From an uncultured delta proteobacterium (lineage in GTDB: Bacteria; Desulfobacterota; Desulfobacteria; Desulfobacterales; Desulfosalsimonadaceae), in contig CAWGYD010000006.1 of assembly GCA_963826785.1 (NCBI GenBank), forward strand, positions 544,001 through 608,000: a stretch of DNA of 64,000 bases. Direction: 5' to 3'. Positions 41,104 through 54,890 of this stretch are shown here, piece after piece. The translations under genes and the position numbers were made by a program. The notes under the pieces were generated by a model. That model had not been told where the DNA came from. It was given only the letters and a program-made list of their open reading frames with translations, and did not search any database. Numbering within the stretch: the stretch's first letter is position 1; the number at the start of each line of letters is the position of its first letter.

Positions 41104-42885
41104 ATGGGGAAAAATATGACGTTATCGGCTGAAAAACCCGCCCGGTCCATCCTGGATGCCTTCGATGATTATCATGAGCGGTTCAGGCGCATTACCCTGC
41201 GGGCGGAAAAACGGTTCAGGGAAGAAGACTGGACCGGGTTCCGGAATGATGCGGCCGAACGCCTGGATGTGTATGGCCAGCGGGTGGATCAGGCGGTGTC
41301 TGAAACCACCGGCGCAATCCGGGACATTGATCCGCCGGAGCCGTTCTGGCGGGAAATCAAGGCGCGCTTTGCCGACATCACCGAAAAAAGGGACGACCGC
41401 CTCCTGGCCGAAACGTTTTTTAATTCCGTGACCCGCCGGGTTTTTGCCGTTGTGGGCGTAAACCCGGACATCGAATTTTCAGTGGCGGATTTTGAAGTGC
41501 CCGCGGCCGCAGACACCATCTGCCCGGAGTGCAGCGCATATGTCCACGGCGCGTCCGGGCCGGATACCCTAAAGATGGTGCGCGACATTCTTCTGGCTTT
41601 TCACGGCCGGATTCCCCTCTATGATATGGACGCGGATGCCGGGCGGATGGCGGTGACCATAGAAGCGCACCTGGCCCGCCTCGGCCTGGCGGGGGAGCGG
41701 ATGCGGGTGGAAATGGCGGACCCCGTATTCTACCGGGACAAGATCGCCTACCTGCTGGGGCGCATGCTCATTGCCGGGGCGGTGGTCCCGCTGGTGGTAT
41801 GCATCCTGCACATGGATGGCCGGTGCTTCGTGGATGCCGTGCTGATGGATGAAGACGACGTGAGCATCCTGTTTTCCTTCGCACGTTCGTATTTTCATGT
41901 CATCATCGATTATCCGGAGGAGCTGGCCGGGTTCATCAAGACCATCATTCCCCAGAAGCGCCTTTCCGAAATCTATACTTCCCTGGGATATCACAAGCAC
42001 GGCAAGGCCGAGCTTTTCCGGGAGCTGACGCGCAGCCTGGAACATTCCGGGGACCGGTTTGAAATCGCCCGGGGGGAGGCGGGGATGGTGATGTTCGTGT
42101 TTACCATCCCTTCCTTCGACGTGGTGTTCAAGATCATCCGGGACGCCTTCGATTACCCCAAGCACACCACTGCCGATGCCATCAAGGAGCGCTACCGGCT
42201 GGTGTTCAGGCACGACCGGGCCGGCCGCCTGGTGGATGCCCAGGAATTCGATCACCTCGAATTCGACCGCGCCCTGTTTCCCGAAGCGTTCTTAAAAGAG
42301 TTGACCCGCAAGGCGGGCAAAAACATCGTCGTCACCCGAAAAAACCTGGTCATCCGGCACCTGTACACGGAGCGGCGGCTGACTCCTCTGAACCTGTATA
42401 TCCAGGAGAATCCGCCGGAAGCGGCCACCCGGGCGCTCATCGATTACGGCTGGGCGGTAAAGGAGCTGGCGGCGAGCAACATCTTTCCGGGCGACCTGTT
42501 CTTCAAGAATTTCGGGGTGACCCGGCACGGCCGGGTGGTATTCTATGATTATGACGAGTTGAAGCTTTTGTCCGAATGCCGATTCCGGAAAAAGCCGGAA
42601 GCCCGGAGCATGGACGAGGTCATGTCCGATGAACCCTGGTTTGCCGTGTATGAAAACGACGTGTTTCCGGAGGAGTTCAAAACCTTCATTCATTTTCCCG
42701 ACTACGCGAAAGTCCCCTTCGAGTCCCTGCATCAGGACCTGTTTGACGTCGATTTCTGGCAGAATATGCAAAAGCGTGTGGAATCCGAAACGGCCGTCTA
42801 CATTCTTCCCTATGACAGCCGCCGCCGCATCAGCAGCGGTTTTTTGCGCGCATCCTCCGATCATTTCTTTTTCAACCGGAAATAA
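41104..42885 (+). CDS. aceK: Isocitrate dehydrogenase kinase/phosphatase
   Basis: AETFFNSVTRR, FSFARSYF, HDRAGRLVDAQEF and NIFPGDLFFKNFGVTRHGRVVFYDYDE. Confidence 0.93.
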   Translation: MGKNMTLSAEKPARSILDAFDDYHERFRRITLRAEKRFREEDWTGFRNDAAERLDVYGQRVDQAVSETTGAIRDIDPPEPFWREIKARFADITEKRDDRLLAETFFNSVTRRVFAVVGVNPDIEFSVADFEVPAAADTICPECSAYVHGASGPDTLKMVRDILLAFHGRIPLYDMDADAGRMAVTIEAHLARLGLAGERMRVEMADPVFYRDKIAYLLGRMLIAGAVVPLVVCILHMDGRCFVDAVLMDEDDVSILFSFARSYFHVIIDYPEELAGFIKTIIPQKRLSEIYTSLGYHKHGKAELFRELTRSLEHSGDRFEIARGEAGMVMFVFTIPSFDVVFKIIRDAFDYPKHTTADAIKERYRLVFRHDRAGRLVDAQEFDHLEFDRALFPEAFLKELTRKAGKNIVVTRKNLVIRHLYTERRLTPLNLYIQENPPEAATRALIDYGWAVKELAASNIFPGDLFFKNFGVTRHGRVVFYDYDELKLLSECRFRKKPEARSMDEVMSDEPWFAVYENDVFPEEFKTFIHFPDYAKVPFESLHQDLFDVDFWQNMQKRVESETAVYILPYDSRRRISSGFLRASSDHFFFNRK

Positions 42886-43066
42886 TTACACTTCCTGAAG
42901 CAGCAAGACTCGGCAAGGGGGGCCTGCGGCGGTTCTGGTCCCCATTTTTTCATTATGGCGTGGGTTGTTGAACCGCATTGATTTCATGCATGACATGCGG
43001 TATGAAAGGGAACCGGAGCGGGGCCGATCAAACCGGCCGCCATCGATCCGATCATATCTGTAAAGG

Positions 43067-45007
43067 TTGATAAATTTGAACGAAAACAATTCATTATTTA
43101 AAAATAACCGCAAAGTTTCATCCGCATACACCGCCGCCTCCGTCGAGGTTCTGGAGGGGCTGGACCCGGTGCGGCGGCGCCCCGGCATGTACACGGACAC
43201 CCAGCGGCCCAACCACCTGGTCCAGGAGGTGGTGGACAACAGCGTGGACGAGGCCATCGCCGGCTATGCCGACAAGATGGACGTGATCCTGTTTGAAGAC
43301 GGTTCCGTTCAGGTCTCCGACAACGGACGCGGCATGCCGGTGGACGAGCATCCCACGGAAAAGGTTTCCGGGGTGGAGGTCATCATGACCCGGCTCCATG
43401 CCGGGGCCAAGTTTTCCAACAAGGATTACCGGTTTTCGGGGGGGCTCCACGGGGTGGGGGTGTCGGTGGTCAACGCCCTTTCAAAGCGCCTGGAGATGGA
43501 GATCTGCCGGGACGGCCAGAAATTTGAGATCTCCTTTGCGGGGGGCGAAAAGGTGAGCGACCTGACGCCCACCGGCACTGTGGGGCAGCGCCGCACCGGC
43601 ACCACCATTCGGTTCTGGCCCGATCCCCAGTATTTTGACAGCATCTCCTTTGCCGTCTCCCGGCTCAAGCACAATCTGAGGGCCAAGGCGGTGCTCTGCC
43701 CGGGCCTGTCCGTGGGGTTCACCGACAAAAACACCGGGGAGACGGAAACCTGGCATTTCACCACCGGCCTGGGCGAATACCTGGCCGACCGGCTGGAAGG
43801 GGCGGAAATCGTCCCCCCGGCCCCCTTTACGGGAGAATTCGAGGGGCCGGAAGAATACGTGTCCTGGGCCGCCGTATGGCTGGCGGACGGCGGGGAAACC
43901 GTGGATGAAAGCTACGTCAACCTGATTCCCACCATCCAGGGGGGCACCCACGTCAACGGATTCCGGCAGGGGCTGCTCACCGCCCTGAGGGATTTCTGCG
44001 ACCTGCGCCGGCTGCTCCCCCGGGGCATCAAGCTGGCCCCCGATGACGTATGGGAAAAATGCGCCTACGTGCTTTCCGTGAAAATGACCGATCCCCGCTT
44101 TTCCGGCCAGACCAAGGAGCGCCTGGCCTCGCGCCAGTCCGCCGCCTTTGTTTCAACCGCGGTCAAGGACGCCTTTTCCATCTGGCTGAACCACCACCCG
44201 GACATCGGGGAAAAGATCGCGGAGATCGCCATTGATTCGGCCCGCCTGCGGATCCGGGCGGGCAAGAAGGTGGTCCGCAAGAAGAGTGTCAGCGGGCCCA
44301 CCCTTCCGGGAAAGCTGGCCGACTGCGTCAGCCAGGAATTCGAAGAATGCGAACTGTTCCTGGTGGAAGGCGATTCCGCCGGCGGATCGGCCAAGCAGGC
44401 GAGAAACCGCAACACCCAGGCCATCCTTCCCCTGCGGGGAAAGATTTTAAACACCTGGGATCTCGAGTCCGATTCCATCCTGTCTTCAAACGAGGTTCAC
44501 GACATCGCCGTGGCCATGGGGGTGGATCCGGGGTCTTCGGAGATCAACGGGCTGCGCTACGGAAAAACCATCATCATGACCGATGCCGATTCCGACGGCC
44601 TGCATATCGGAACGCTGCTGTGCGCGCTGTTTCTGAAGCATTTCAAACCCCTGGTGGCCGCCGGACGGATTTTTGCGGCCCTGCCGCCGCTATACCGCAT
44701 CGATATCGGCAAACAGGTCTTCTATGCCTTGGACGAGTCCGAAAAAGAGGCGGTTTTGAAGAAAGCCGAGGCCAAAAAACAGAAAGCCGCGGTTCAGCGG
44801 TTCAAAGGCCTGGGGGAGATGAACCCGGTGCAGCTGCGCGAAACCACCATGGACCCGGACACCCGCCGCCTGGTGCGGCTGACCATTGACGACGAAAACA
44901 CGGAATTTATTTATTCCCTCATGGACATGATGCTGGGCAAGAAGCATGTGGCCGGTCGGAAGCGCTGGCTGGAGGAGAAGGGAAACCTGGTGGAACTTAC
45001 CGATTAG
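43067..45007 (+). CDS. parE: DNA topoisomerase IV subunit B
   Basis: VRRRPGMYTDT, EVVDNSVDE, VEGDSAGGSAKQAR, PLRGKILN and QRFKGLGEM; exact start uncertain. Confidence 0.92.
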   Translation: MINLNENNSLFKNNRKVSSAYTAASVEVLEGLDPVRRRPGMYTDTQRPNHLVQEVVDNSVDEAIAGYADKMDVILFEDGSVQVSDNGRGMPVDEHPTEKVSGVEVIMTRLHAGAKFSNKDYRFSGGLHGVGVSVVNALSKRLEMEICRDGQKFEISFAGGEKVSDLTPTGTVGQRRTGTTIRFWPDPQYFDSISFAVSRLKHNLRAKAVLCPGLSVGFTDKNTGETETWHFTTGLGEYLADRLEGAEIVPPAPFTGEFEGPEEYVSWAAVWLADGGETVDESYVNLIPTIQGGTHVNGFRQGLLTALRDFCDLRRLLPRGIKLAPDDVWEKCAYVLSVKMTDPRFSGQTKERLASRQSAAFVSTAVKDAFSIWLNHHPDIGEKIAEIAIDSARLRIRAGKKVVRKKSVSGPTLPGKLADCVSQEFEECELFLVEGDSAGGSAKQARNRNTQAILPLRGKILNTWDLESDSILSSNEVHDIAVAMGVDPGSSEINGLRYGKTIIMTDADSDGLHIGTLLCALFLKHFKPLVAAGRIFAALPPLYRIDIGKQVFYALDESEKEAVLKKAEAKKQKAAVQRFKGLGEMNPVQLRETTMDPDTRRLVRLTIDDENTEFIYSLMDMMLGKKHVAGRKRWLEEKGNLVELTD

Positions 45008-45100
45008 TTCTTTTATCCACCATTCCATTATTCCAGTATGCTTACTTTTTGTCGGCAATAACAAATAATCTCAACAATTCATCATCAAGAATGCTGCTTT

Positions 45101-47413
<2,313 letters not shown>

Positions 47414-47474
47414 AGATCTGATGGGTGTTAAAATTCACAGTGGGTTAGAAACACAGAAAAATGCGCTTTTTTGA

Positions 47475-48916
<1,442 letters not shown>

Positions 48917-48920
<4 letters not shown>

Positions 48921-51487
48921 CCTATACCGTTTTCCTGCCGCCGGGCAGGCAATTGAATATTAAATTCCGTGTATTCTCCGATTTCCGTTTCCACGGTCAG
49001 TTCGCCCCCGTGATCCTTGATGATGCCGTAGCTCACGGACAGGCCCAGGCCGGTTCCCTCTCCAGTCTGCTTGGTGCTGAAGAAGGGATCGAATATTTTG
49101 CCGATGATCTCCGGCGCAATTCCCGATCCGTTGTCCCGGATGGCGATCTCGATGACAGACCGGTTTTTGTCGAAGCGGGTGCACACCCGCACCTGCCCGG
49201 GAGGCTCAACAATGGCCTGGTTGGCATTCATGAGCAGGTTTAAGAAAACCTGTTTCATTTTATCCACATCCATGGAGAGGACCGGCAGGTTTTGGTCGAG
49301 CTCGGTTTCGATCTCCGTTCCGCTCTTCTGGAATTGATGCCTTAGCATCTCGATGACTTCGGACAGGGCCGTGTTGATGTTGGCGGGCTGGGACCGGGTT
49401 TTCCGGCGCCTGGAAAAATTGAGCAGATCGGAAACGATGCGCCGGCAGTTTCCGGCCTGCTTTTCCACGATTTCAATGTCCTGAACGGCCTGTTCGTCGC
49501 CTTTGATCTGCCGTTTGAGCAGGTCCGTGTAACACAGGATGATGCCCATGGGATTGTTGATTTCATGGGCAACGCCCGCGGCCAGCTGACCCAGGGCAGC
49601 CATTTTTTCCGTCTGCTGGATGCGGTTCTCCACCTGTTTTTCCAGGGTGATGTCCCTTGCGTAGCGCAGGATTCCCCATATTTTATCGGCTTCATCGAGT
49701 ATGGGATAATAATAGACCATGAATATTTCGCCGGAAGCGGTGGTGATTTCTTCCTTGGCCGGTTGATGCGTGGACATGGCCTGGGAAAGCTGCCTTCCGG
49801 CCAGGGGCCATTCGCAGCCGTTTTCCAGTGGCCGGCATTTCTGGTTCAGCGCCTCCTCCAGGGTGATTGAGTGCCGTTTCAGATAGGCGCGGTTGGCCAT
49901 GCGGATGTCGAGATCGGGGCTCAGCAGGACCATCATGTCCGGTATGCCGTCAAACACGCTCTGGAGAAGCTCCTTGCTCTGCAGAAGCGCGGCAAAGTTG
50001 TTCAAGCTGTCAATGGTGATGCCGATCTGCTGGCCGATGGACATGAGCAGGGACTGCATTTCCGAAGACCGGTCTTTCAGGTCGATGCCCACGAAGGTCA
50101 TCACCCCCAGCACCCGTTCCCGGCAGACCAGGGGCACATTGAGACAGGTCTGGTTCTGCATGCAGGCAAAGTGGCTCATTTCCCCGTGTGCCGCCGTCCA
50201 GATGGATTCCTTCAAAGTGGAGGGCACCTGCCCGGATGCGGGCCTGTCCCCGGCTTTTATGGTGGGTGAAAGCTTATCGGCATTGCGCTGGTATTCCATG
50301 GCCAGGGCCGGGTTGTTCTTATCGCCGGAAAAGAGGTAGATGGCGGCCCCCCTGGCCGGAATGAGCGACAGGGTCTGCTCCAGCACCCCCGGAAAGATGT
50401 CCGTCAGGCGAAAGGAGCGTGTGGTGAGTTCGGCAATGCGGTTCAAGGTCAGCAGTTCCAGATCCCGGGCAGCCACTTTTTCTTTCAGCCGGGCGCGTGA
50501 AGATTCCAGGTCCCGGGTCCGATTATTGACGCGGACCTCCAGGTCCTCGGCATATCGGACCAGGTCCCGGCGGGCTTTTTGAAGATGGGCGGTCAGTTCC
50601 CGGGCGGCTTCGGACAGTTCGTGAATTTCATTCTTGCTGGAGGCTTCGGTTAAAAGCGCGATCTCCCGGTCATCCATCAACCCCCGCCGGAATATCCCCA
50701 GAAGGTCACGCAGGCTGTGAACCACCATGCGGTTGAACAAAAAACTGATGAGAACGTACATGAATATCAACATGACCAGCGTGGCACAGAAGACGGAAAA
50801 AGCCTTGCCTCGAATTTTGGCCAGCGCATCCTGGACGGGAATGCTCACCACGGTGATCCCGGCCAGCTGGTTTTCCCGGTAGCCGAACCCGCGTTTATCG
50901 CCGTACATCCTGATCAGCGACGGGGGCGCATCTTCGGGCCTTCCGTGGCAGTTCAGACACGAAGCGGTCATGAACACCGGCTGGGCATCCAGAAATCCAC
51001 TCGTGCCGCCGATCTCCCGTATGCCCTGCCAGTGCTTTTCCAGGGGATGTTTTTGGAAATATTCGATCATCTCCCGTTCCACGGGCGTGGGCGCCGATAC
51101 CGGGTTGCGGGCTTTTAAGGCCACCCTGCGGTACCGGTACATGGGCATGGATTCGTGAAATTTGTCCATTACCGCCCGGGATACGAAAGAGGTGGACATG
51201 GCTTCCATGATAAACGCATCCCGGCCGACCACTTCATACATCTTCGGACGCAGAATGCCCTGCACATAGGCCTGGGTGGATTCCACCGCCGCCAGAACGA
51301 TACGGGATTTGTTTAAGGCCTCCTGCTCGATGTGGTTTTTTTCGTGTGCATAGATCAGCCAGGCGGTCAGTCCGCAGAACAGCAGAAAAATCGTTCCCAG
51401 GGCGATCTGGAACTGGACCTGCAGTCCGCTACGTCGCCGTCCGCCGCGCTTCGGGTGATGCCCGTCGGCATCCGCTTGTTCATTCAT
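48917..51487 (-). CDS. Sensor histidine kinase with periplasmic heme-c (DUF3365/Tll0287-like), GAF and PAS domains
   Basis: CLNCH between two TM helices; HEINNP, DNGSGI and FFSTK..GEGTGLGL. Start taken at MNEQ (uncertain). Confidence 0.88.
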
Positions 51488-51738
51488 GCAAATAAATCCG
51501 ATCTGAATTCCATTTTCACATTCATGCGCTGCCTGCGCCGCCGTCTCCCCTTTTGTTGTCCGGATATCATCTTGAATGCGAAATGGAATAAGAATATAGG
51601 CCAGTGCGATTAAAACCAGGTTCCTTAGCAAAAGATGTACCACATGAACAGAATAAATGATCAGGAGTGCCGGATAAAAGCCCGGCACGCGCAGGAAATC
51701 GAATTGATTTTGTTTTATCGAGGCGCCCTCTGGTGAAG

Positions 51739-51764
51739 ACAATGCCTCCATGAGGAGGCATTGT
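51739..51764. promoter_or_regulatory. Candidate upstream activator sequence
   Basis: Perfect inverted repeat ACAATGCCTCC-ATGA-GGAGGCATTGT about 105-130 bp upstream of the -24 box. Confidence 0.55.
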
Positions 51765-51868
51765 TCCCTGTCTTTTTCATCCCCGCCTGTGCGTCGAAAC
51801 GGCTTTGCAAGATTGTTTTTAGGTTTAATATAAGCAGGTTGTAAAAAGAATCAATGGCCGGGGGAATC

Positions 51869-51884
51869 TGGCATGCCATTTGCT
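51869..51884 (+). promoter_or_regulatory. Sigma54 -24/-12 promoter
   Basis: TGGCATGCCATTTGCT (GG-N10-GC). Confidence 0.8.
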
Positions 51885-51988
51885 ATCCCTTGCTGATCTG
51901 TAACCAGAATGCAACGGACATGTCAATCCGCATGCCCGGCTTTATTGACACAACAGATGTTAAAAAATTTGTACATCAGGAGGATCAG

Positions 51989-53419
51989 ATGACATTGAAA
52001 AAGAGAACAAGTGACACGGATTATTGCGAAACCGTGCAGTGCGCCGAGGAAGCGCCGGCAACACCGTCCCGCATGGGATGGAAGGAGCTGTACCTCAAGG
52101 AGGACTGGTGGGCCATCTGGCTGGGAATGGGGATTGTCCTTGCCGCCTATCTGTTTTTCGCGGGCGGTTCCAGCATGAAGTGGATCGCCATCTCCCCGGC
52201 AAAATGGTCCACCCTGGGGGAACTGGGCGGTCATTTCGCCACCCATATCACACAATACATCGCCCAGTTTATCCTGTGGGGGGTGATTTTTACGGTCAGC
52301 CTGAAGACACTGGGATTCAAACTCTCCGAGTTTCTGCCCTCCTTTGTCTTCATCTACTTGTTTTCGGTGCTCATTTTTTCCATCGGCGCCTGGGACCAGG
52401 CCCATCATTACAACCTGGAGCCGCCGCTGGTGGCGCTGGCCCTGGGCATGCTCATCTCGAACCTGATCGGGCTGCCCAAGTGGATGGACGCCGGTTTCCG
52501 GGTCGAATATTACGTCAAGACCGGTATCGTGCTGCTGGGCGCGACGCTACCCTTCACCCTGGTCATGTGGGCCGGGCCCATCGCCATTTTTCAGGCCTCC
52601 ATCGTTTCCATCTCCACCTTCATGGTGATCTTCTTTATCGGAAAGAAACTCGGTCTGGACAGGCGGCTGTGCGCGGTGCTGGGCGCCGGCGGGGCGGTCT
52701 GCGGGGTCTCGGGATCGATTGCCATCGCCGGTGCGGTGGGCGCGAAAAAAGAGCATGCCCCCATCGCCATCACCATGGTGATTCTGTGGGCCATCGTCAT
52801 GATTTTCTTTTTGCCGCTCGTTTCGCGTGTCCTTCACCTGCACACCGGGGTCGTGGGGGCGTGGGTCGGTACGTCCGAATTCGCCGATGCCGCCGGTTTT
52901 GCAGCCGCCCAGGCCTATGGAAACCTGGCCGGCAAGGTCCCGGGCATCCATGGAACGCCCGATTCCGCCGTATGGGCATTCACCCTGATGAAGGTGGTGG
53001 GGCGCGACATCTGGATCGGCATCTGGGCCTTTGTCCTGGCCATCATCGCCACCACCAAATGGGAAACCAAGGCGGGATCGAAGCCGCAGGCCGCGGAAAT
53101 CTGGTGGCGCTTTCCCAAATTCGTGATCGGGTTCGCCCTGGCCTCCATCTTCATCACTGCGGTGGCCAGCCAGTATTCCTTCAGCGATTACAACGACATC
53201 ATCAAGCCCATGCTGGTGGCCCCCATCAAGACCCTGCGGACCTGGGCCTTTATCTTCTGCTTCTTCAGCATCGGCCTGACCACGCGGTTCCGCGAACTCG
53301 CCAGCACGGGCTCCAAGCCCTTCCTGGCATTCACCGGCGGGGTGGTCGTCAACGTGGTCATCGGGTTTATCCTGTCGGCCATCGTATTCAGCACCTACTG
53401 GATCAATCTGGCGCGATAA
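51989..53419 (+). CDS. YeiH / putative sulfate exporter (PSE) family transporter
   Basis: EDWWAIWLG, EYYVKTGIVLLG, AVCGVSGSIA, GAWVGTS and WWRFPKFV; AGGAGG RBS. Confidence 0.85.
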   Translation: MTLKKRTSDTDYCETVQCAEEAPATPSRMGWKELYLKEDWWAIWLGMGIVLAAYLFFAGGSSMKWIAISPAKWSTLGELGGHFATHITQYIAQFILWGVIFTVSLKTLGFKLSEFLPSFVFIYLFSVLIFSIGAWDQAHHYNLEPPLVALALGMLISNLIGLPKWMDAGFRVEYYVKTGIVLLGATLPFTLVMWAGPIAIFQASIVSISTFMVIFFIGKKLGLDRRLCAVLGAGGAVCGVSGSIAIAGAVGAKKEHAPIAITMVILWAIVMIFFLPLVSRVLHLHTGVVGAWVGTSEFADAAGFAAAQAYGNLAGKVPGIHGTPDSAVWAFTLMKVVGRDIWIGIWAFVLAIIATTKWETKAGSKPQAAEIWWRFPKFVIGFALASIFITAVASQYSFSDYNDIIKPMLVAPIKTLRTWAFIFCFFSIGLTTRFRELASTGSKPFLAFTGGVVVNVVIGFILSAIVFSTYWINLAR

Positions 53420-53540
53420 GCGCTTTTGTCTCCCCCGCACCACCGCGCGGGGGAAAGGGGTTGTTCAATTTTTTACTGATCCGGGCGCGTGCGGCCAAGT
53501 TTCGCCGGCCGCAGCCCGGAATTTTTCCGAAGGAGAACAT

Positions 53541-53768
53541 ATGGGCCGCAAGGCAAGCGATCAAAGTTGCTTACACTGCAAGCATTTCCGGAATTCCCCG
53601 AAGTTCCTGGAGTCGGTTTTCAAAGGGCTGACCGCCCTGAGTTCCGCCTATGGGTCCGTCCGGTGCCAGGACGGGATTTGCCTGCTCAATGACCTGTACC
53701 TAGCCGCAAACCGATGCTGCGATCAGTTTGAGTCGGGTTCACCGGCAGCCGGGAGGCTGAACGAATAA
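53541..53768 (+). CDS. Small Cys-rich protein (75 aa)
   Basis: AAGGAG RBS; CLHCKHF...GIC...CCDQF. Confidence 0.7.
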   Translation: MGRKASDQSCLHCKHFRNSPKFLESVFKGLTALSSAYGSVRCQDGICLLNDLYLAANRCCDQFESGSPAAGRLNE

Positions 53769-53931
53769 CCGGAACGGGTGCGAACAGGTGCTTCATTCAG
53801 GAGGCACTGCCACCTTGTGGATACATGATGTGCAGCGATACCACACTCCGGTCCGCAGGAGATTAACCAGTATCATTTTGGGTGGAAGACACACCCTGTC
53901 GATAATTTAAATCCAATGTAAGGAGGATCAG

Positions 53932-54795
53932 ATGAGTTATCCGGAAGAACCCAAAGGGAAGTTGATCCTTCCCAGGCGCTCATTTTTCAGAAGTGCCGGC
54001 ACGTTCATGGCCGGCGCGGCCATGACGGCCGCGGGCTGCTCCGCTTTGATGACGAAAAAGCAGGACAAAGACGCCCAGGCGGCTGCAGCCACCTGGCCCC
54101 TGCCGTACAAAACACTCGATGTGGAAGATGTTCGCGGCCGGGCACATGCCGGCTATTACAAAGGCAAGTGAGGCTACGGAGCCTTTAGCGCGCTGGTCAG
54201 CGCGCTTGCAGAAGAAGTCGGTCATCCATACAACGTCATTCCTTATGAAACCATGTCATTTCTCACCGGAGGCGGTTTCGGGTGGACCGGGACCTGCGGA
54301 TCGATCATTGCGTCGAGCGCTGTGGTCAATATGGTGACCCCGATGGATGATGCCAAGAAGATCATCGGTGAAATTTACGCCTGGTATGAACAAACACCGT
54401 TTCCGTCCGACATGGCCAACCAGTTGGCGCACAACAGGCAGTTTCAGGTGAAAAAATACAAGTCATCCGATATTCTGGTCCAGACAGTCGCGAATTCTCC
54501 CCTGTGCCATATATCCGTAACCCGGTGGTGCAAGGCATCCGGGTATGCTTCCAAATCCCCGCAACGATCTGAACGGTGTGCCCGTCTGACCTCGGATGTG
54601 GTCGCCTTCACCGCAACCAAGCTCAACAGCTATTTCGCCCAAACCTATAAGAGTGAATACGCCATGTCCGCCTCGGCCCAGGAATGCACCCAATGCCATG
54701 AATCCGGCAAGCCGTTTGAAACCGGCGGCTGGACCCGCGGCAAGATGCAGTGCGATACCTGCCATGATGTGGAACCGGATCATTTTGTGAAATAA
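53932..54795 (+). CDS. Selenocysteine-containing split-Soret-cytochrome-like (C-GCAxxG-C-C family) Tat lipoprotein, 287 aa
   Basis: ORFs 53932-54171 and 54253-54795 are in one frame with only the TGA at 54169-54171 between them. Motifs: RRSFF, AAGC, YKGK-U-GYGAF, GWTGTCG, CHISVTRWC, ERCARLT, CTQCH and CDTCH. Confidence 0.85.
54187..54206 (+). promoter_or_regulatory. Bacterial SECIS-like hairpin
   Basis: AGCGCGCT-GGTC-AGCGCGCT; the loop starts 24 nt after the UGA. Confidence 0.8.
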
Positions 54796-54806
54796 AGAAT
54801 CAGTTG

Positions 54807-54848
54807 AACCGGCGGTGGAACCCGGAAACGAAAACCGCCGCCGGTTTT
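54807..54848 (+). terminator. Intercistronic hairpin (attenuator or mRNA stabiliser)
   Basis: AACCGGCGGTGG...CCGCCGCCGGTT followed by T residues. Confidence 0.5.
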
Positions 54849-54890
54849 CGATAATTTTTGCCATTCAAAACTGTTTCAGAAAGGAGAATT

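Noticed and set aside
51488..51751. N-terminal 88-aa extension of the sensor kinase in the ORF track
   Set aside because: It runs through the AT-richer divergent regulatory region and the UAS palindrome; a downstream start fits the TM topology better.
53819..53833. Second sigma54 promoter before the selenoprotein gene
   Set aside because: The spacing is GG-N11-GC rather than the required N10.
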